A stretch of DNA of 52,818 nt, counting the filler, from Trypethelium eluteriae (Eukaryota), in the NCBI GenBank assembly GCA_051942245.1. It is 2 parts of 2 records of this genome, joined end to end, with 100 filler letters (N's around TTAATTAATTAA, not from the genome) between each part and the next. Parts side by side here need not be neighbours in the genome. Positions count along the whole stretch, not along the records: positions 1 to 26,377 come from JAVECL010000354.1; positions 26,478 to 52,818 come from JAVECL010000355.1. The stretch is one strand, 5' to 3'. Of the stretch, positions 22,401 through 33,732 are shown in pieces (positions within the stretch are counted from its first letter, which is position 1; each line of letters opens with the position of its first letter). The position numbers and the translations under genes are program-made. The notes under the pieces are model-generated. The model worked only from the letters and a program-made list of their open reading frames with translations. It ran no database searches and was not told the DNA's origin.

Positions 22401-24095
22401 TATATCGCATCCGATGGTTACCCATCGAATATCCCAGGAGCCATCATCTCAGAGAAAATTCCGGCCGCTACCATAGCTGGGCAAGCTTTCAGTATTGGCA
22501 GTGACGACTTCAATATTGGAGGCAGTCAAACTGCACCATCTGAAGGTTTCTTAAGCGGCGATGGAATACTTACTTCGATATTCATGCCTGTAGAGACTAT
22601 TGCCGGACAAGCTATCGGTGTTGGCAAGACTGTTGTTCATGTTGGAGGCACTGATGTTGCACATTCGACTGCCACAGCTTCGGGTATCACCGATGCCAAT
22701 CAGGCATCGGCTGCGGCAGTCACGATTGCCGGACAAGTGTATACGGCGGACTCGCGAAGTGGACTGATAAATGGATCAAATACATTGAGGCCAGCAGACC
22801 CTGCTGGGACAATCGCTGGACAAGCTATCAGTATTGGTAGTGACGGGGTTATCATCGGAGGAGACCACATCGCCTACTCTGCTGTTGCAGCTAGTGCTGC
22901 TGATGGCGCCTCCCAGATCCTGACTGCAGTGATGACGAATGGTGAGCAAGTTTACACGGCAGATCCGCACAGCGCTTTGGTAGTGGGATCTAGCACACAG
23001 GAGCAGGGAGGTTATCCGGCGACGGTCGGAGGACATATTGTTAGCATTGGAAGCAACGGGATTGATATTGACGGAAGCCATATTTCGTACTCCTCGCCTT
23101 CAGGGACTACAATGCCTGGTGTGGCGTTGACAGTTGGTTCGAAAATATTGACAATAGCTTCTGGAGACCCCTTGGTAATCGGCTCACAGACGATACAACC
23201 CGGAGATACCGCAACAGTGACTGACCAGATTGTCGATATGGGTAGTGGTGCTGGCAATCTGGGTGGAAATTCCGAGCCCACTACGATCGCATCGACAGCT
23301 CCTCCAGAAGCGGTCTTTGGTTTTGGCTCGTCCTTACTCACCGCTACGCTAGGACAACCGGTAGCAATCGGTTCCACCAGCCTTATTGTCGGTAGTCCCG
23401 AATTTGTCGCCTCTGACATGACCTTTTCTGTGGCATCTAGCGGTGTTGTAGTTGATGGCACTATCGTTCCGTTCTCCTCTTCCACACTGCTTCCAGAGAC
23501 GGAGGCGCCCCTCACAGTCTCAGGAACCGCATATACTGACAGATACCTCTCTTCAGACGTACAAGTCACGGGTGATCCGCAAGGATCCATGACGACTATG
23601 TTCATTTCTGGGGCGGCAGCAACCATTGATGGGCAGCTCGTCAGTGCGGAACCTGGTGGCCTTGAAGTGGGAACACATGATATATCTTTTCAGTCGAATG
23701 CAGCAAATTCCGGGCAGAAGACATCATTCACAGTAAACGGACAAACATATACCGCTGTTGAATCTCTAGCTTCCTCAGGGACTGGTAAAGTTGCTATAGT
23801 TGATGGCTCCATAATTCTACCACTCGGCATGCCCGGGGCCATTAATGAGGGGCCGAGCGCCTCTGTTGGTACCACTAGCGTGGTTGGCAACGAGACATCA
23901 ACAGGAGCGTTGAGCTCTGCGACGACGGCTGGCAGTTCGCCAGCTTTAACTGGAATCGAAGGCGGATCGAGTGGAGGGGTCTCTTCAGCGACAACGACCA
24001 AGTCTAGCGCGATAGTCGCCCCAAATCCAACATACACAAGAAGTCCTTTGGCATTGCTGATAGCATACTTGGCTTTCATGATTGTGCTTAGCTGA
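19416..24095 (+). CDS. Very large Ser/Thr-rich cell-surface protein (mucin/adhesin-like) with Cys/Trp-rich domain, beta-type repeats and GPI-like C-terminus; true start uncertain
   Basis: 1559-codon stop-free ORF with S/T-rich tracts, a Cys-rich block (GCTLGCGNCAITGGTVQLIHW...FTSPTIYVS...GVFDPPIVL), repeated TIAGQAISIGSDG-like units and a terminal hydrophobic stretch SPLALLIAYLAFMIVLS. Confidence 0.8.
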   Translation: MPRISWSLTRVALQLVSSLLRKDKETNTNFFRSVYLSPKEGGSSSSISRNSTESIASATSASDPWLLTNSVVPKSSTTSLPLGAYIASGLSGIASQTVTPVYYSSTSTSKATTDTALRTHSASREAVVSISNGFSISTDDTTQPIAANISSASTFSQVENIHNSSNTTTTTSQLNRTIVSSNPGSKASVTNGILTNSAYYKAAKVSSSLNQTDAIAGHSSSTNSSRITSTAPFQSCYSVSNSRQPKPANTSITQGLSSTGNATVDQCWMQWSNYWDFQSIYGHLNWLNYSSGQYATTYYADTQIAQSACVQVITSEWTSNAPYSNTDLEFMTETEIHTATIIADGFTRTIETDTHTVIAQEYKAATTITPLSTITNVATSTWTEYSETKIALSSKPSPNCELPPLVTQCQDIWSSWASHQLMGTPTMSAPSCGTVASCQPSWTTYDSIWSSYSSLRGIPSPSCTQASIAEPLCNALRSSYIDAGFSENNGVITSNGASGFSGGFMERPTVSWPSVDPEFPDMFFLPTTTSYLSPTWPRSSTLAAGCTLGCGNCAITGGTVQLIHWLQPAPTPAIKGTRKSHGTVDGAVVASTLGTTFTSPTIYVSLADVHAGDSCSAIGKTHSNTILPLTNTNQLSSIWAQYQGHLSTVSFNFTDLNTPIPASIYTRQPWCAAWTSTMATEDLNFGACNRSATFGRGESTCYPTCPQTQPFNPILVLPTGFLKPIDTAWASCNLDIRGVFDPPIVLTAQSAAALPVAAPITSFIDPSPPAASVQSAPIMQTPAQTANVPSATNDPSAGAGPLPSPSASLISSSTAAAADSPAGSTEASGLLGSVFPSILLRPTSTDQVTTDVTKTNTALDPSLAAEETRSASDPFSTQVFSQSAARGQAVSSENFVNPSQSFLSADPQVPPTQDGGGQSATADPGSSKAVIEGSTPPAGVLPSVPGNPLFAGVDSLAVGSSTTINLPMTSGNEYSAANGLAGGTPPALPADPGFIYIASDGYPSNIPGAIISEKIPAATIAGQAFSIGSDDFNIGGSQTAPSEGFLSGDGILTSIFMPVETIAGQAIGVGKTVVHVGGTDVAHSTATASGITDANQASAAAVTIAGQVYTADSRSGLINGSNTLRPADPAGTIAGQAISIGSDGVIIGGDHIAYSAVAASAADGASQILTAVMTNGEQVYTADPHSALVVGSSTQEQGGYPATVGGHIVSIGSNGIDIDGSHISYSSPSGTTMPGVALTVGSKILTIASGDPLVIGSQTIQPGDTATVTDQIVDMGSGAGNLGGNSEPTTIASTAPPEAVFGFGSSLLTATLGQPVAIGSTSLIVGSPEFVASDMTFSVASSGVVVDGTIVPFSSSTLLPETEAPLTVSGTAYTDRYLSSDVQVTGDPQGSMTTMFISGAAATIDGQLVSAEPGGLEVGTHDISFQSNAANSGQKTSFTVNGQTYTAVESLASSGTGKVAIVDGSIILPLGMPGAINEGPSASVGTTSVVGNETSTGALSSATTAGSSPALTGIEGGSSGGVSSATTTKSSAIVAPNPTYTRSPLALLIAYLAFMIVLS

Positions 24096-25062
24096 CTGAA
24101 GTGTTTTTGGAGCACGGAAGAAAACGATTGGTAACCGAGCTCCGAAGGACATAGTCATCTTCGCCATCATGGACAATCGTCCGAAACCACTGTCTTCCTA
24201 CTTTGAAGTATGGAATGGCGCTCATTGATGGACAGGGGGCCAAATAACCATCGGGGCTGTCGCCATTCGATCCGTTATCAAGTGGTCGGCTCTGACGGGA
24301 ATTGAGCAATACACCTTGAGCAGAAATGTAGAATGTTCTCCGGTAAAGTTCAGCCCTTCCTATCATGCAAGATAACAGCTCGGCAAAGGCATGCAAAGTA
24401 CCAAAATGTATTTTCAATCTGAACTCGCGAGGATGGAACGATGGAAACAAGGGTTTCTGTGTGGCTGTCTGCTCAAGAACCCCGGGAACACGATTTTCGT
24501 AACTTCATTCGAATGCGGTGGTCGTAGAATACGGTTTTGTGAATCGGGAGGTAGAGTTAGAAGTCAACGTAAATATCGATGCGGGCCATCTTTTGTACAT
24601 GTATCGTAGCCAGTTCGCTACGATTCGTGTGCACAGACTTTTGCCCAGTACTCTAAGGTCATTATCAGAACCCGGCTGTGAGTCGCCGCTGCGCAGTCCC
24701 ACAGCAATACTGCTCTAGGGCCATGAGAGAGAGGATGAGACGCTCACTATACGATATCCGGAATGCGACTCGGTGGTTGCTCATTCGGGGATGAAACGTT
24801 TGCCGGCTTCACGCTTCGTTTCAGCATCTCACCCATCTCAACACCGTAATCTTTATTACGTCACAGCGCTCTTCTATTTGACCCGTATTCCGTACCAGCT
24901 CCGCCATCAACCGAGAGCATGCTACTCCGGCCAAACGCTACTTCCCTCGGGATCCATTCGACTTTCCCTTGGCTACCAGGCTGAGCGGATCTCTGCTTAT
25001 GCCTGGTGAAGCCATCTGTCCAACCAACACCTTTCGCCCCTCTCCCTGAACACATACCCATC

Positions 25063-26377
25063 ATGGCTGGCATTCCAGCCCACATTAAGGGTGCGAGGCC
25101 CAAAGACGAGAAACTTTCCCGCACAGCGAGCATGACAAGTGGAACGCGAAAACGGCATAGCAATAAGCCCAAGTCGCGTCCGCCGCGGTCATTTCGGGAT
25201 AAGTTGGGCTTCTTAAACAGCACCCTTCCAGGCTACTCCGGACCCTACAATGTCTGTAATCTCTGAACATATGCTGCTCTGATGTACCGATTCTAATTTA
25301 GCCCAACAGGTCGGTCTGATGGATATCGAGGTTCCTGCCCAAAACCCTCGCACGTTTTCACACATAACCCGTCGACGCCGACATCTCCTACAACTCGAGA
25401 CTGTTCTTCTGACAATCTATTATCCTTCTGCCATCGGCTCAGGAGCTGGACATGACCCAGCTGGTTACAAATACTGGTCCCGCCAAACATGGCTCCCGAG
25501 GCCGCGGAGGAAAACTGCACAGGGGTTTGGGCTACTTGCTGGTTTGGGAGATTGGATAACTCTACCGTTCTTCCTCGGATCTACGATGTTCACCAAAATT
25601 CCTGCGTTCAAGAATGCTCGACTGGCTGATCATTGGCCCGTAGAGGAGAACTACGCAACAGGCGGAAAGAAAGTGAAGGATACGGAGGGCCGACCCCCGG
25701 AAGGAGCCGAACCGGGATCAAAGCCGACGTTTCCTCTCATATTGTTTAGTCATGGCTTATGTGGGACACGCACAATGTACTCAAGTTTATGTGGCGAGTT
25801 TGCAAGCTACGGATTTGTTGTCTGCGCCGTAGAGCACAGGGACGGAAGTGGACCTCGGACCTTCGTCAACCATAGCGAACACGGAGAAGGAAGTCGAAAG
25901 GAAAGGGAAATGAAGGGTAATTTAGATCACACGCCTGAAGAAAAGGAGAAAAGCTATGATGTTATAGATTACATCTGGCCACAGAGTAATCCCTATGATA
26001 CCAGTCCAAATAACGACAAAGGGGTAGATCGGGAACTAAGAAGTGCACAAATGGAACTGAGGTTAGCTGAGCTTGAAGAAGCATATTATTTATTGCAGCA
26101 TCTCTGTGAAGGTGACGGGGAGGAATACATCGATAAACGCAATATGCGGAAAAGGGGCTATGCCGGCTCAAGCTCAAGAGGCCTTGAAGGAATCAACTGG
26201 AAATCCTGGCAAGATCGATTCAACCTACAACACGTCACCATGGTTGGACACTCATTTGGCGCTGCCACAACAGTCGAAGTTCTCCGAAGTGGAGAACGCT
26301 TCAAATTCGTCCGGCAAGGCATCATCTACGACATCTGGGGCGCAGCAGTCAACCCCCCAGCCGACGACCCTCAACAC
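25063..26377 (+). CDS. Platelet-activating-factor acetylhydrolase-like alpha/beta hydrolase (PAF-AH II family), 3' truncated by gap; intron 25252-25309
   Basis: [58 protein letters not shown]; nucleophile elbow GHSFGAAT. Confidence 0.88.
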
Positions 26378-26477
26378 NNNNNNNNNNNNNNNNNNNNNNN
26401 NNNNNNNNNNNNNNNNNNNNNTTAATTAATTAANNNNNNNNNNNNNNNNNNNNNNNNNNNNNNNNNNNNNNNNNNNN
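26378..26477. other. Artificial assembly gap/linker (44 N + TTAATTAATTAA + 44 N)
   Basis: Exactly 100 bp. The central 12-mer is palindromic and has stop codons in all six frames, as in scaffold/pseudomolecule spacers. Confidence 0.97.
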
Positions 26478-26534
26478 GTTGATGGTGAGGTATTGGTGGA
26501 AGGGATGAGGTGAGGGAAAGGGGATTATACATAC

Positions 26535-27024
26535 AGCATTGTTTCCGTGGTACAATTTATCCATGAACCCCTGATCCCAAGTGTTGACTGAATACTGAAG
26601 GATCTGCTTGGCCATCGCCATTACACCTTCCTTCCCCTTGCCCTCGTCCGGTAATTCAAGATCCATCAGGCTCTGCAGCTTCTGCGGTGGATGGTGCTCT
26701 ACAAGTGTAGTCCGTGGAGCACCACCAGAGACGACAGTGCCATGTCCAGAAGGTTTAGAATTGGCATCTGCATCGGCGGCTTTAACAAATGGGACGATGA
26801 GGTCTTGGATTGAACGCAGCAACTAGGTCTGATATGTGAGAAAATTGAGAAAGGCAAACTTTTAAAATTGGTGTAATCGCTTCGGCCAATATGCAGATTA
26901 TGTACACTTTTGATGAATGAAAAAATAATAGACTTACGTCAGCAACCTCATCTGCGCGAGCAAGAGGAGGTTCGTCTTCATTGCTTGACGTAGCAGGACG
27001 AGAGGGTATCTTCGAATTAGACAT
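26535..27024 (-). CDS. Group II PLP-dependent decarboxylase (glutamate/cysteine-sulfinate decarboxylase-like), 5' portion only; exons 27024-26938, 26822-26535, then intron running into the gap
   Basis: LARADEVAD|LLRSIQDLIVPFVKAAD...ILQYSVNTWDQGFMDKLY is typical of the fungal GAD/CSAD-like N-terminus. Donors GTAAGT (26937) and GTATGT (26534). Confidence 0.82.
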
Positions 27025-27291
27025 CGCGGTCGTTCTTGAAAGAAAAAAGCTTGAACATGAATGAAGAATACAGAGTCTTCCAATAGTAGATTCGTAATCG
27101 TTTGTGTTTATGCAGTAATGATGTGAAGCAATGAAAGACTTCTTAGTGGAGGAAGGAATGAAAAGACGAGATGAAATAAGACAGATCTCAATGTCACGAC
27201 ATCATCAAGTCTTTGAAATCTTCACCGCCTTCGTCATCCCGGTGCGCCTTGTATGCTAATTCGTCCATCCTGATTCACTTCACTGCGGCGA

Positions 27292-29413
27292 TCATTCTGG
27301 CTCCTCTTTCTGCCGCTTTCCGAGTCTTATCCTTTTGTGTGTTTTTGCTGCTGCATGTCTCTCTCTTGCCAGCTCAATCTTGGATTTGGCTTGTGGCCTT
27401 TCCTCTTCCTGCTGCTCTCCATCCGGGAAAGATTGAAATCTTTCGTTCCCAACAGTAGTACGAGAATGCCGAACCCAGTCGGCTCGCCGTCGCTTGTAGA
27501 GATCCATTTTCCAATTCCGCCACACTGCTCTTCCTATATGTGATTCTCGTAGAGATGCTTCATTCTCGGCCAACTCTTCAGCGACGCGCTCTCGTATAAA
27601 GGCAAGACCACGAGTACCTTCCCAAATGGCGTCAATAACGTGGGATGCCGATGAATCCAGTGCCATCTCGCCTATATTCCCATAAAATTGCTGTATGACT
27701 TTTCGGCGGAAGATGATTGATGCGTTTGGTGACGTGATAGCGGCTTGGAGGGCGCGCGATGCTGTAGGATCCTTGGCTATTTGGATGCAGCCTTCATTTC
27801 CCGCGCGGAGAAATGCGTCAAATACGAGGTCGCTCAATTGGCCTGGTACAGAAAGCATCGTTTGAGCAAGAAGAGATTCGTGCATTCGCTCGGATGGCGG
27901 TTCCAAAGACTTGGAATCTTTCTCTCCGTCAGCCACTGATGGTTTATCCACGTGAAGTAGTTTGGCAATGTCAAAGCCTTCGGGGCTTGCATATGCGCTT
28001 TCGAGATGGGCAGAAATCTCTGAAGTGTCACATCCCCTGATCAGACTCCTTTCAATTAGTACCCGAATAACCACAATGCGATTACGCTCCACCAAGTCCT
28101 CGATGTTAGGTGCCAGGGATTTCGCTGCATCTTGTAAATCGTCTTTACCTAGCCTTTCGAGAACCTTGCACACAACGTATCCTGCAACTTCGTTCCGTGC
28201 AAAAGTTGCCAATCTTTCTCGGAAAATCTCTTTGTAAAGGGCTTTGAATGTTCTTCCCGGCGCAAACGCGACAATTGTTTCAAGCAGACGAGAGCCTACT
28301 GGATCGTAAAGGATGCCGTTGATAAAAGAGGCGCTTTCCGTGCCTTCGATGATCGGCTCATCTGGCAGCAATTTCCGAATCAATGAATCTTCATTCTTTG
28401 CTCGCTGCTTCCCAAACTTGGTCAATTCTAGTTGCAATAGAAGCTGGAGTGTAGGATTGCCCGTGTGGTGGGTAGCGAGCACGCGAAGATAGTTTGTGTC
28501 GAGGCCCAGAACGGTATCTGATATTATCTTTCCAGCAGCGAGGGCAAATGATTCAGGTACCTTCCGCTCATCCAGATGTAGATTGGTCTCAGAAGAGAAT
28601 CCATTGATTGATACTTTCTCTTTCCGTTTGCTTTTGACAATCGACGAACGTTCCGTCAGTGGCTCTCCAGAAAGTACGAGAAGCAGGACCCTCAAAGCAT
28701 GAGATGCGAATCGATCCGTCATTAGATACCCGAGGTTTCCCTCGAGTTCGTTCAGCGTGTACAAGAATAGGTTTTCCATCGATTCCGTGACAGCGTTCGG
28801 ATCAGCTGGGGGAGCGATACTCTTTTTGGAAGCAAGGAGAAGTTCTTGGGTGACAATCGGTGCGGACCGAATAAAGAGTGCTTCGCAACAGTGTGATGCA
28901 AATCGATGCTGAACCAGATGAAGGAAGCTGTGAGGGATTTAGCTGCAAACACTTATTTGTCTAGGTTTTTGCTTCGACTTACTGCCCGCTGAATTTCTGA
29001 AACAACATCTTGAGTTGGTCAGGGCCGGAAACTTGTATCAAGCGTTCCATTAGCCTTGAGCAAGACTGGCTGTTGGCAATTTTTAACTCTTTGCCATCGG
29101 CCTCGCGGTAGACGTTGTTCAGGAAGACATCACGTTCTTCGGCGTTAGGGAACTGATTGAGCTCGAGCATATCGTCTGCATGCTTGAAGTATTCTTGTTC
29201 TCTTTGATCCAGATTGCCGTAGAAAGGTGTTGCACTTGATCCAGCGACTCCATCTTCAGAAACTCCATTCCAGGGTTCAGCAAGTGGCACAAACTCTTGC
29301 TCCGTAAAAGATTTCACTTTCTTGGAATCAGGTTCGTCGTCAGCGTCTTCATCCTCGTGTTTGCGTTTCTTTTCTTGCGCACGACGACCACGTTTCTGAT
29401 TCTCTCGTGGCAT
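27292..29413 (-). CDS. NOP9: Nucleolar protein 9 (Pumilio-repeat rRNA-processing factor); exons 29413-28983, 28927-27292
   Basis: MPRENQKRGRR start; FYGNLDQREQEYFK, EADGKELKIANSQSCSRLMERLI, LVQHRFASHCCEALF, FASHALRVLL, GRAVWRNWKMDLYKRRRADW. Intron 28928-28982. Confidence 0.92.
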
Positions 29414-29481
29414 CGTGACTGATTTGGTGAATGTGGGGAATTTCGGGCATACGGAGAAAAATATAACGTAATGATGAAGAG

Positions 29482-29490
29482 AATTTTTCA
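29482..29490 (-). promoter_or_regulatory. RRPE-like element (TGAAAAATT) upstream of NOP9
   Basis: AATTTTTCA lies about 70 bp upstream of the ATG of a ribosome-biogenesis gene. RRPE is the established fungal Ribi-regulon motif. Confidence 0.45.
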
Positions 29491-30107
29491 ACGCTGAGAC
29501 TGTTCGCAGATTATGCAGATGCCGTCTAGTGAGTGTAGAAGGGGCCCTGGAGGTTCCTACAGTTCTCGTGCAGTGTCCGGGAGTGTGTCGGGGATAGGGT
29601 GGTAGAGTCGGCAGGGGAGAGGTGGGTTTGCGTATGTGGAGCCGGAGCGATTTAGAGGAAGGACTCGACGTCACGCAAGATCGGAGGATCCAGATCGTGG
29701 CAAGCAAAACCAGATCGTACCATTGCTAGGCCGCATCGACCGCCCGCTTAGCGGTGGCGTGAGATCTCAGCGGCAGCCTCCACTCTAGCTCGATTTCCTG
29801 TACCGAGCCGTACCCTATTTCAGCCAAGATCGCTCCCTACCGAGGAGCCGCTGCACGCACTGCCAACGTCTCTTAACTAGATGTGCTAACTAACCTGCTA
29901 ATCCCAAGAGTCGCTCTTTGCCCGACACGTCTGCCGGCAACTTCCAATTCTCGTACTAGCCGCTCATTGAGTCGGCATATTGAGCCAAAGTGTGTCTACA
30001 CCCCATTGGGCTCACCTGGGCTCATGTCAGCAAGGGACCCCATCCCTATTTCGTTCGGCGCACCCGACATAAGTGCATCAGATCTCCTGAACAGGTATCC
30101 CTCAGTC

Positions 30108-32920
30108 ATGCCGACTGCTGTCAGCCCAGACATGGAAGCTCCAGACGCCAGGGTCGGCGACTTCTTGGACGACAAGCTCCAATCCCTGGCCGACTTGGAG
30201 ACGCTGGACTCTCTCCTATCCAACGTGCAGAACCAACACGAACTTCTCCGGAGACAAGTAAGCTTCCTCGCCTGCAACTATGGCCTGAGCACGTGGTCGG
30301 TCAGGGTCTGGACCGTTACTGACGTCTTCTGGTAGCTCCAAGATGCAGAGAAGGATTTCCACGAGTCAAACCTAGCTGCCGAGCATCACCGAGCCTCTAT
30401 TCGGCCCAAGGCGGCGGCGTTTCAACGAGAGCAGGATGACATCGATCGTCGCCTCCGAATCATTACCGGCTCGGATGTCAGTGATGATGCAGTCCGACGT
30501 TTTGAGAGGAGCATGAACAAGCTCCATCGACTTGATGTCGCCAATGGATATGTAGAACTTCTGAAAGAAGTCGACGCCCTTCGGTAGGATCTCTAGCACT
30601 GTCCCTCTCTCTTTCCATATCCTCTGACTATCTGATACATAGCAATCAGTCTATCTCGCAGCTCAAGGTCAGCGATGAAGCTGCTCTTGGACCGTTACGC
30701 CAGCTGCAGACGCTGAATGCGCACTTGGTGCCTCTGCAGACGACAGCTGAAGGTGCTGCACCACATCTGCTTGATCATGTCACCTGCACTACAAAGGCTC
30801 TACGGAACCATATCAGAGACGCTTTTGCAGCTCGGTTTGAAGACTTGCTAAAGAAAATCTATTGGCCTCGAGCCGATGTAGCATTACCTACCCCAGCATT
30901 GCAGCAAGAATGGGTTGATTGCATTTCGAGGCTTCTGGACCTCCAGAAGCCAGAGCTTCAGGTTCATGAAGAAACGTTGGCTACTGACCCATCAACTAAA
31001 GAGCCCATCATTCTACTTCCAATCGAAGTCCTGGTCCACCCTCTTGAGCTTCGCTTTAGATATCACTTTGGCGGAGACAGACCAACAAATCGTATTGACA
31101 AGCCGGAGTACTTCCTATCCCACGTCACAGATCTCCTGAATATGTACAATGACTTCTTCATCGACAATGTACAGCCCATACTCTTGGACCACTTCCGCGG
31201 CACCGATCTCGCCATGAATCCCGCCTACATTGACGTGACATCGGCTTTGACCACCTCGCTCCTACCAATGCTCCGGAACAAGATCATTCCCACGCTTCCA
31301 CAAGTTGCGAGTCAGCCGCAACTTCTCAGCCACTGGATGCACGAGATTATGGGCTTCGATACAACTATTCGGGATGATTGGGGCTACGACGGCGGGTACA
31401 GCGTGCAAGGCTGGAAAGGTCTTGCATGGGAAGTATTGGTCAAAGAAGACTGGTTTGGCCGGTGGCTGCAGGTCGAGCGCGATTGTAAGTACTCGGTTGT
31501 GATGCAGGAAGTCCTCCATGCAGACCTCATACGATGCCTCAGATCTCCGGATCTCATACATCATAGAGGTGACACAAGAGCTCTGGAACATGAACTCGAT
31601 GCTGACGTTACCTCAACTCACGCAGTTGCCCTTTCCCGTTACGAAGCGATCATAGATACTCCAGATAGCGGCCTTCTTGATTACGACTCGGTCGAACCCA
31701 ATGTTACCAAGCCTACAGCCGCTGCCATCCGAGTCAATGATCTCCTAGAAACGATTACCGACCGCTATCGCCCACTATCCTCTTTCCAGCAGAAACTCCG
31801 TTTTCTAATCGATATCCAGATCAATATTTTTGACCGTTTTCATGCACGTCTCAATGACGGACTGGAAGCTTACCTGACACTGACGACAACAGTCGGCCGT
31901 TCTGTATCCGGTATCAGCCGTGAAGATCAAGACGGACTGAAAGGTGTCAAAGGCCTAGATAGATTATGCAGAGTCTATGGATCTGCCGATTATCTCGAAC
32001 GGGCGATGCGTGACTGGAGTGATGACATTTTCTTCCTTGAGCTCTGGGACGAACTACAAGATCGAGCCCGTGGACGAACAAACAAAACCATTGCAGTGGA
32101 CATGACCATCGAAGACGTGGCACAACGTACCAGTAGTGCAGTGGGAAAAGATGAAGACACAGGTGGATTATTCGATGAGACAGCCAATGCCTACCGTCGT
32201 CTGCGAGTCCGTACCGAAGGTATTATTATCGAGGCATTGACGAGGAGTGTCAGAGAAGCACTACGACCGTACGGGAGAATTAATCCTTGGTCCACACTTT
32301 CGCTCCCTTCCACAGCCCCGATGTCGCCCAGTTCTCCCTCCTCTGATTCATACATCACGACGTCCGAGATCGAACCTACAATCTCAGTGCTCAATACCCA
32401 GCTCTCATTTCTAGCGCGGACACTTGGCTTGACGCCTCTTCGCCGTATTGTTCGCCAAGCTTGTGCGGTTGCTCAATCATACCTCTGGGACTATGTAGTT
32501 ATGTGTCACACTTTTAGCGCGGCTGGTGCGGAACAATTAAGAATTGACATCCGCGCGCTCGTCGCTGCTATCAATAGGCGGACTGGGCTGGGGCAAGGAG
32601 AAGCTAGCCTAAAGAAGATCATAGAAGGTATCGTCATGCTTGGCCTTCCAATCAAAAGACGGTCGAAACGGGCAAAGGCAGGTGAGACCTCGGATGTAGA
32701 AGATGGGGACGATGCGTGGGAGAATACTGAGGTTCCTGAAGATGGAAACGGGGAGCAACAGATTGAAGGAAGCGGAGCAATGGGATTGTGGGAAGCTGAA
32801 AGGAGACTCTTTGCTGATGACGAGAGCGCGAGAGAGGTCCTTGAGGAGCTGGGGCTGGAAATATTGTCAGAGGCCGAGGCCAGAAGTATTCTAAAGAGGC
32901 GGATCGAATTAAGTAGCTGA
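30108..32920 (+). CDS. TIP20: RINT-1/TIP20 family (Dsl1 tethering complex subunit); introns 30258-30335, 30584-30642, 31485-31625
   Basis: RVGDFLDDKLQSLADLETLDSLL; LELRFRYHFGGDRPTNRIDKPEYFL; LLSHWMHEIMGFD; VNDLLETITDRYRPLSSFQQKLRFLIDIQ. Canonical splice sites. Confidence 0.9.
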
Positions 32921-33732
32921 AAGACTGCGCTACGGGTCTAGATGGTGGACACATGCGAAATGTTTAGTAGTTGCAATGGAAAACATTTGGTACAGCGCGA
33001 GGAGTATAGTATGTTCTTAGAGGCTCGTCTCACTTGTCCGTCCGTTTCGTGCCTTGTCAATGCGTTTTCATTCTACAACAAACGAACGTATAAGTACCAT
33101 TAGTTTGAGTTGTCCTTACATGAAGCAAGATTGTTTTTGTGGTAAACCCAACTAGAACTGACGGTACTTGATCCGTCAGGCTGATCCAGAGTTTAGGATC
33201 AGCCCCTATCATCAACACCAACGTAACTATATTGTATATTCATTTCGAATCTTCAAAAGAAGGTCAGGGCCGTTAGAAGAACTGATCTGGAGGGACATGC
33301 TAGTGCATGTTCGAGCGTTTTCGAATTAATTGTCAAATCCAGGCAGTTCGCTATGCATGTTCTGAGGTGCGAGGCATGATCGACGCTGCATGAGCCACAC
33401 TTACCACTGGACTTGAAGACTTTCTGTGGCTGACATTTGTGGCTGAGGATATGACCACCGAGAGTAATGCTCACAAAAACTAAGCTACGTAACGTACCTT
33501 CTGAACATGGGCTATAAGAACGTGTGTTGTGTTTCGGTGAAAGAGGAAGTAGCTCACGTGTTTGCTCAACGTGCAAACAGGATGCGCTAATAGATTAATA
33601 GGTAGAGTAAGGTATGTACCTTAGTGCTCCCCACGCACAGACCAGTGCGCGTCGGTCCAGAGTCGCGTCTGTAATAAGTAGGAAGGTCACTCCACCAGGT
33701 ACGGCAACGAGTTCGTCAGAGCTTCGCTCAAC

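Noticed and set aside
24088..24720. Minus-strand ORFs of 120 and 65 aa downstream of the wall-protein gene
   Set aside because: No convincing start, splice model or motif.
26422..26433. Perfect palindrome TTAATTAATTAA as a biological site
   Set aside because: Centred in N runs; it is a synthetic six-frame stop linker.
33179..33204. Hairpin GGCTGATCC-N8-GGATCAGCC
   Set aside because: A single 9-bp stem can arise by chance in 53 kb; no target-site duplication or second copy to suggest a MITE.
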